A program made the position numbers and the translations under genes. The notes beneath the pieces are model-generated. The model made no database searches. It was not told the DNA's origin and was given only the letters and a program-made list of their open reading frames with translations. Shown piece by piece: positions 59,379 to 64,000 of a DNA stretch of 64,000 nucleotides (positions are counted from its first letter, which is position 1; each line of letters opens with the position of its first letter). This DNA comes from an uncultured delta proteobacterium. GTDB taxonomy: Bacteria > Desulfobacterota > Desulfobacteria > Desulfobacterales > Desulfosarcinaceae. The stretch is taken from assembly GCA_963705435.1 (NCBI GenBank), contig CAVPJR010000028.1:22104-86103 (forward strand), in the 5' to 3' direction.

Positions 59379-60821
59379 ATGCTCAGAGAACAAAAAAATA
59401 TAATTTTGCAGATGCACAAAGCACTGGATATCTGTTTGACAGTTACGGCATTTGTAAGTGCATATTTTATAAAGTTATACATTCTTCCATTATCATTACG
59501 GGGACTTCTGACGACCCCAAACTATTATACAGTTTTGTTGCTCGTAATCATTATTTTTCCCATATCATTTAATTATTTTAGACTGTATAACTCTTATAGA
59601 ACCCAATCATTTAAACAAATATTCTCCAAGGTTATCAAGTCTGTTTTCATCGGAATCGTTTTATTGAATTTCGCCATGTACATTCTTAAAATTACGGATA
59701 TCAGCAGAATCATGATGGGCATCTTTTTAGTGACTGATCTTTTCCTTCTTGGTTTAAGTAAAAGCCTTATTTATAAAACCTTAAAAAATTTTAGAGAAAA
59801 GGGATATAATTACCAAAATTTACTTATTATTGGTGGACGAGAAAGAGCTAAGGAAGTTATTCGATCGATCAATGAAAAATCGAGTTCTGGATTTCGTATT
59901 TTAGGTTGCTTGGGACTATGCGAAACAGAAATTGGGAAAAGTGTGACTTCTGAAACCTGCTGTATAGGCACGGTAACCCATTTAAAAAAATTTTTAATCG
60001 AACAGGTTGTTGATCAGGTCATATTTGCCTTACCTTTAGATTTAGTCAAAGACATAGAAAAACATATTAGAACAGCAGAAGAACTTGGCGTATCCGTACG
60101 CTTCATTCCGGACTGGAATTTACACAAAATCTGTTACAATCCAGGTATTGGTCACATTGAAATGGAAGACTTTCTCAATATTCCAACAATGTGTTTAAGC
60201 ACCACACCCTCAGGTTACGGTGAACTTCAAATAAAAAATCTATTTGACTTTTTTGGCGCTGCGTTTTTGATTTTATCATTGTCTCCAATATTCGTCTGTA
60301 TATCCATGTTAATAAAATTGTTTTCTAAAGGTCCGGTTTTTTTTTCTCAGGAGCGCTGCGGTCTAAATGGAAGACGGTTCTTCGTATACAAATTTCGAAC
60401 GATGGAATATGGTGCAGAACAAAAAAGAGAACTTTTAGACTCAATTAATGAGTCCGACGGCCCCGTTTTTAAAATCAAAAGAGATCCACGTATTATTTCT
60501 TTTGTAGGGACCTTCCTACGAAGATCCGGACTCGATGAACTACCTCAACTATTCAATGTTATAAAAGGCGAAATGAGCCTTGTCGGTCCTAGACCACCGA
60601 TTCCTACTGAAGTTAATAAATATGACTTATGGCAGCGTAGACGGTTGTCGATGAAACCAGGCATTACCTGTTTGTGGCAATGTTCCAAAAAACGGAACGA
60701 AATTCCTTTTAACGAGTGGATGAGTTTGGATTTAAACTACATTGACTCTTGGTCATTAAAACTTGATTTTAAGATATTGTTTAAGACGGCATTTGTCGTT
60801 TTTACTGGTCAAGGCAGATAG
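59379..60821 (+). CDS. Priming polyprenyl-phosphate glycosyl-1-phosphate transferase (WcaJ-like)
   Basis: YKFRTM, DPRI, LDELPQLFNV, MSLVGPRP, KPGIT. Confidence 0.92.
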   Translation: MLREQKNIILQMHKALDICLTVTAFVSAYFIKLYILPLSLRGLLTTPNYYTVLLLVIIIFPISFNYFRLYNSYRTQSFKQIFSKVIKSVFIGIVLLNFAMYILKITDISRIMMGIFLVTDLFLLGLSKSLIYKTLKNFREKGYNYQNLLIIGGRERAKEVIRSINEKSSSGFRILGCLGLCETEIGKSVTSETCCIGTVTHLKKFLIEQVVDQVIFALPLDLVKDIEKHIRTAEELGVSVRFIPDWNLHKICYNPGIGHIEMEDFLNIPTMCLSTTPSGYGELQIKNLFDFFGAAFLILSLSPIFVCISMLIKLFSKGPVFFSQERCGLNGRRFFVYKFRTMEYGAEQKRELLDSINESDGPVFKIKRDPRIISFVGTFLRRSGLDELPQLFNVIKGEMSLVGPRPPIPTEVNKYDLWQRRRLSMKPGITCLWQCSKKRNEIPFNEWMSLDLNYIDSWSLKLDFKILFKTAFVVFTGQGR

Positions 60822-60844
60822 ACAATAGCAAATGACTTCCAAAT

Positions 60845-62284
60845 ATGATTAAAACCCTGAATTCGATTACTGTTTTTATATCTCTTTTTGTTATCGCAAC
60901 CATTCCCATTTTCTTCGCCGCCGTTCAGCCATGGGTGTGGTCGCTTTACTGCCTGCTGATGATCACTTCATATATCCTGTCTTTGTGGACCGCGCCGGAC
61001 CACACTGTTTTCCCTCGTGATCATTTGTTAATAATCTCGGTTGCCATATTTTTCATCTGGACGCTCGTGTTGTACCTCCCTTTTCCGTATCCGGTCCTTT
61101 CATTTCTCAATCCCACACGTGCTGGAATCCTCTCCCGGGCAGGGGCACTTACCAACAGTACTCCGGCCTGGGAGTCGCTCAGCTATCTGCCCAGGACTGC
61201 ATCTGCGTGGTGGGCCTTCGTACTCAGTCTGGGACTTTTCTTTCTCGTGGTGCAAAATCTATGCACTGAAAGGAAAACACTCAAACACGTAGTGTACGTC
61301 ATGATCGGAATCGGCATGCTCGAGGCGGTATACGGATTGATTCAGGCGCTGGTACCGTCCATGGGTGTGCTTTGGGTTGATTATATCCAAGATTACATGG
61401 GTACTGCTCGTGGTACATTTATCAACCGCAACAGCTTTGCGGCATTTATCGGGATGATCTGGCCGCTGGCACTGGGCATTACACTTGCAATGACCGGTCG
61501 GGTTCACTCGTTGAAAGAGTTATTAGGATCCGACAGGCTCAACCGCCAGGCAATGATGGCAATGGGTATCATCGTTTTTCTGCTGGCCATGATTTTCACC
61601 CGCTCACGGGCCGGGATCGTCAGCGGGCTTGTCGGCTTTCTGGCATTTTCGATCATGGCGCGAACGGGAATCAAATCCGCAACATTTCATACCCGGGTTC
61701 TGCTGGGCGGCATTATCGTTCTGCTGTGTATCTACACCATGACCATAGGCGTCGGACCGATTGTGCAGCGATTTTTCTCCCTCGGTGCCGACAGCGGCTC
61801 ACGAATGGATATCTGGCGAGACAGTCTGCCGATTGTCAAAAACCATCCGCTGGGCGTTGGTTTAGGAAATTACGAAAATGTGTTTAAAGTGTACAACCAA
61901 TCCTTGACCTCTGAGAAAACGGTTATCCATGCCCACAATGACTATCTCCAACTCCTGATAGAAACGGGTTGGGTCGGATTTTTTTCACTTTTGGGCGCTT
62001 TTTTCATTTTCCTTGGAAAGAGTGTCCATCATATCAGGAAGCTCGATTTTAGAAGGGACCCCCTGCGTTTTTATTTAGCCGTGGGCGCCTTCAGCGGATT
62101 GATTTCGATGACTGTTCACAGCGTTTTTGATTTTAATATGCAGATCCCGGCCAATTGCCTCTATTTTGTTGTTTTGATGGCAATTTTGAGTGCTTGCACG
62201 CGACCACACAGGACGATTAACGTCCAACATCAAATTTTGAAAAAAAGCAATTACAGCCAATCCTTGTCAACGCCTACCCATTGA
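60845..62284 (+). CDS. O-antigen ligase family protein
   Basis: GTFINRN, TRSRAG, HAHNDYLQ, HSVFDFN. Confidence 0.85.
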   Translation: MIKTLNSITVFISLFVIATIPIFFAAVQPWVWSLYCLLMITSYILSLWTAPDHTVFPRDHLLIISVAIFFIWTLVLYLPFPYPVLSFLNPTRAGILSRAGALTNSTPAWESLSYLPRTASAWWAFVLSLGLFFLVVQNLCTERKTLKHVVYVMIGIGMLEAVYGLIQALVPSMGVLWVDYIQDYMGTARGTFINRNSFAAFIGMIWPLALGITLAMTGRVHSLKELLGSDRLNRQAMMAMGIIVFLLAMIFTRSRAGIVSGLVGFLAFSIMARTGIKSATFHTRVLLGGIIVLLCIYTMTIGVGPIVQRFFSLGADSGSRMDIWRDSLPIVKNHPLGVGLGNYENVFKVYNQSLTSEKTVIHAHNDYLQLLIETGWVGFFSLLGAFFIFLGKSVHHIRKLDFRRDPLRFYLAVGAFSGLISMTVHSVFDFNMQIPANCLYFVVLMAILSACTRPHRTINVQHQILKKSNYSQSLSTPTH

Positions 62285-62292
62285 ATCCCCAA

Positions 62293-63079
62293 ATGATTGA
62301 TCTGCACTGTCATATTCTGCACGACCTGGACGATGGAGCAAAAACCGCTGCGGAAAGCATTCAAATGGCACAGGCCTTTGTGCAGTCGGGTTACCGCACG
62401 GTTGCTGCCACGCCCCACATGGTTCCAGGGACCACCTGGATGCCATCCATCGACCGGATCAACAGCACGGGTCGCCGCCTTGAATCAAGCCATTAAGGAT
62501 GATGGTTTGGGGTTGGACATCCTACCGGGTATGGAAATCGCTATAGACCCGCAAATTCCGGACCTGCTCGATGACAGACGTCTGTTGCCCCTCGGGAGTT
62601 CCTCCTGCCTGTTGATCGAACCGTCGTTCCAGCAGCTTCCGCCGGGATGGGAGCAGGTCATCTTTTCAATACTGGCCAAGGGGTATTCAGTGCTGCTGGC
62701 CCATCCCGAACGATGCGTGCAGCTGGCAGCCAACCCGGGCCTGATAGACCGGCTCATCGGGTCGGGTGTGTTCCTGCAGGTCAACTGGGGCAGCTTTCTC
62801 GGCCAATACGGCCGGGCGGTTGCCCGCAAGGCTCGGTCGATGGCCGGAAACGGCCAGATCCACTGCTTGGCCACCGACAGTCACCACCCGGAATGGCACA
62901 ACCCGGCGGGCATGCAGGCGGCAACTGCCAAGCTGCGTGCACTGATCGGCCATGAGAACCTTCAACGAATCACCACGGACAATCCGCTGCGCGTGCTCAA
63001 CGGAGAGGTACTTCAGCCGATGACGGTGTCCGGCGCAATGAGCGGGAGAAGCAGGAAGCGCTGGTGGCGGTTTTGGTAA
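62293..63079 (+). CDS. CpsB/CapC PHP-family tyrosine phosphatase; frameshift near 62463
   Basis: MIDLHCHIL..DDG..ATPH in one frame, then GME, AHPER, ATDSH in the next. Confidence 0.85.
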
Positions 63080-63132
63080 AATTTGACTCCTGACTTCTCC
63101 TATGTTGTTTACAAGCATGGTAAAATAAATCG

Positions 63133-64000
63133 ATGCATCTCCTCTTTCGTGTTCTGATAACTGCTATCCTATTGGCGTTGGGGTGCTGGACGGTTTATTT
63201 CAACTGGCCGCAGCGGTCCATACGTTTGGCAGGCAAGCTATACCTTTTCGGACGAAGAGGCACAACAATCTCAAGTTTTATCCGAAGGCACAGTATTCAC
63301 TTGGCATGCACGCCTGGCTGCAGCAGCAACCGGAGAGGGCCGCAGGGTATTTCCGGCAGGCCGTTTCACAAGACACCCTTTTTCTCGACGCGTGGCTCAG
63401 GCTGGCCGAAACCGAGGCTGCACTGGGCCACAAAGAAAAAGCCAAAGCCATCCTGAACTTCACTACCGATATGACGGAGCAGGTGTTTCGATGGAAGTGG
63501 CCGCAGATCTTACTTGCCCGTGAACTGGGTATGCAAGAGCGCCTCTACGGCAACACCAATTATCTCTTGTCTAGAAAAGTGCTCGTACAGGATGCGCTGC
63601 AACTGCTGCACACCCACCTTGGCGGTGATGCTTCAGCCGTAATCGCTGTTTTAGACCCGTTAAATCTGGCAGCTTACCTCGACTGGTTGATGCGCTGGGG
63701 AATGACCGATGAAAGCTTGATGGTGTGGCAGGCCATGACTGCGGCCGCCGAACCGGAAAAGGAAATCGCCCTGCGGTATGCCCATTTTCTGGTGAACCAT
63801 AAACGAATCACCCGCATCGGTGGACATTTGGCAAAAATACACCGGCAGTGCCGGCCTGACCAATCCGGGGTTCGAAAGTAGCCTTACCGGACAGGGTTTT
63901 GATTGGCGCCACTGGGGTGAAAAGGACGGCAACTGGGAACTGAAACGGGTCTACAACGAGGCCGTCCGAGGGTGAATATGCCCTGAGGATCAAATTCGAT
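63133..64000 (+). CDS. Membrane-anchored TPR protein with a possible carbohydrate-binding domain; several frameshifts; partial
   Basis: N-terminal TM; TPR-like AAGYFRQAV..AWLRLAE; LTNPGFE..GFDWR in a further frame; apparent shifts at ~63250, ~63815 and ~63966. Confidence 0.6.

Overview
Bacterial chromosomal DNA, most consistent with a sulfate-reducing Desulfobacterota (Desulfosarcina-like; inferred from gene content and repeat families). (1) 1-24 kb is a polyamine uptake and catabolism region: agmatine deiminase, N-carbamoylputrescine amidase, an in-frame putrescine aminotransferase::aldehyde ferredoxin oxidoreductase (AOR) fusion with a 4Fe-4S partner, GABA aminotransferase, two more AORs, a CoA transferase, a saccharopine-dehydrogenase-family enzyme, MoaD/ThiS, PotABCD and TetR and Lrp regulators. 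An accessory block (IS5 remnant, rhlE, a TIR-flanked HUH transposase) interrupts it. (2) 24-44 kb holds RND efflux, MATE, a radical SAM/GT4 cluster, a hybrid kinase and gene fragments. It also has an unannotated, strongly base-paired intergenic region at about 41.9-42.3 kb that looks like a structured ncRNA, and three promoter-like repeats at an exact 144-bp period upstream of a DUF4338 gene. (3) 45-64 kb is a Wzx/Wzy exopolysaccharide locus with an AT-rich core. Seven apparent frameshifts in five otherwise intact genes suggest assembly indel errors. All assignments come from reading motifs by eye; no searches were run.
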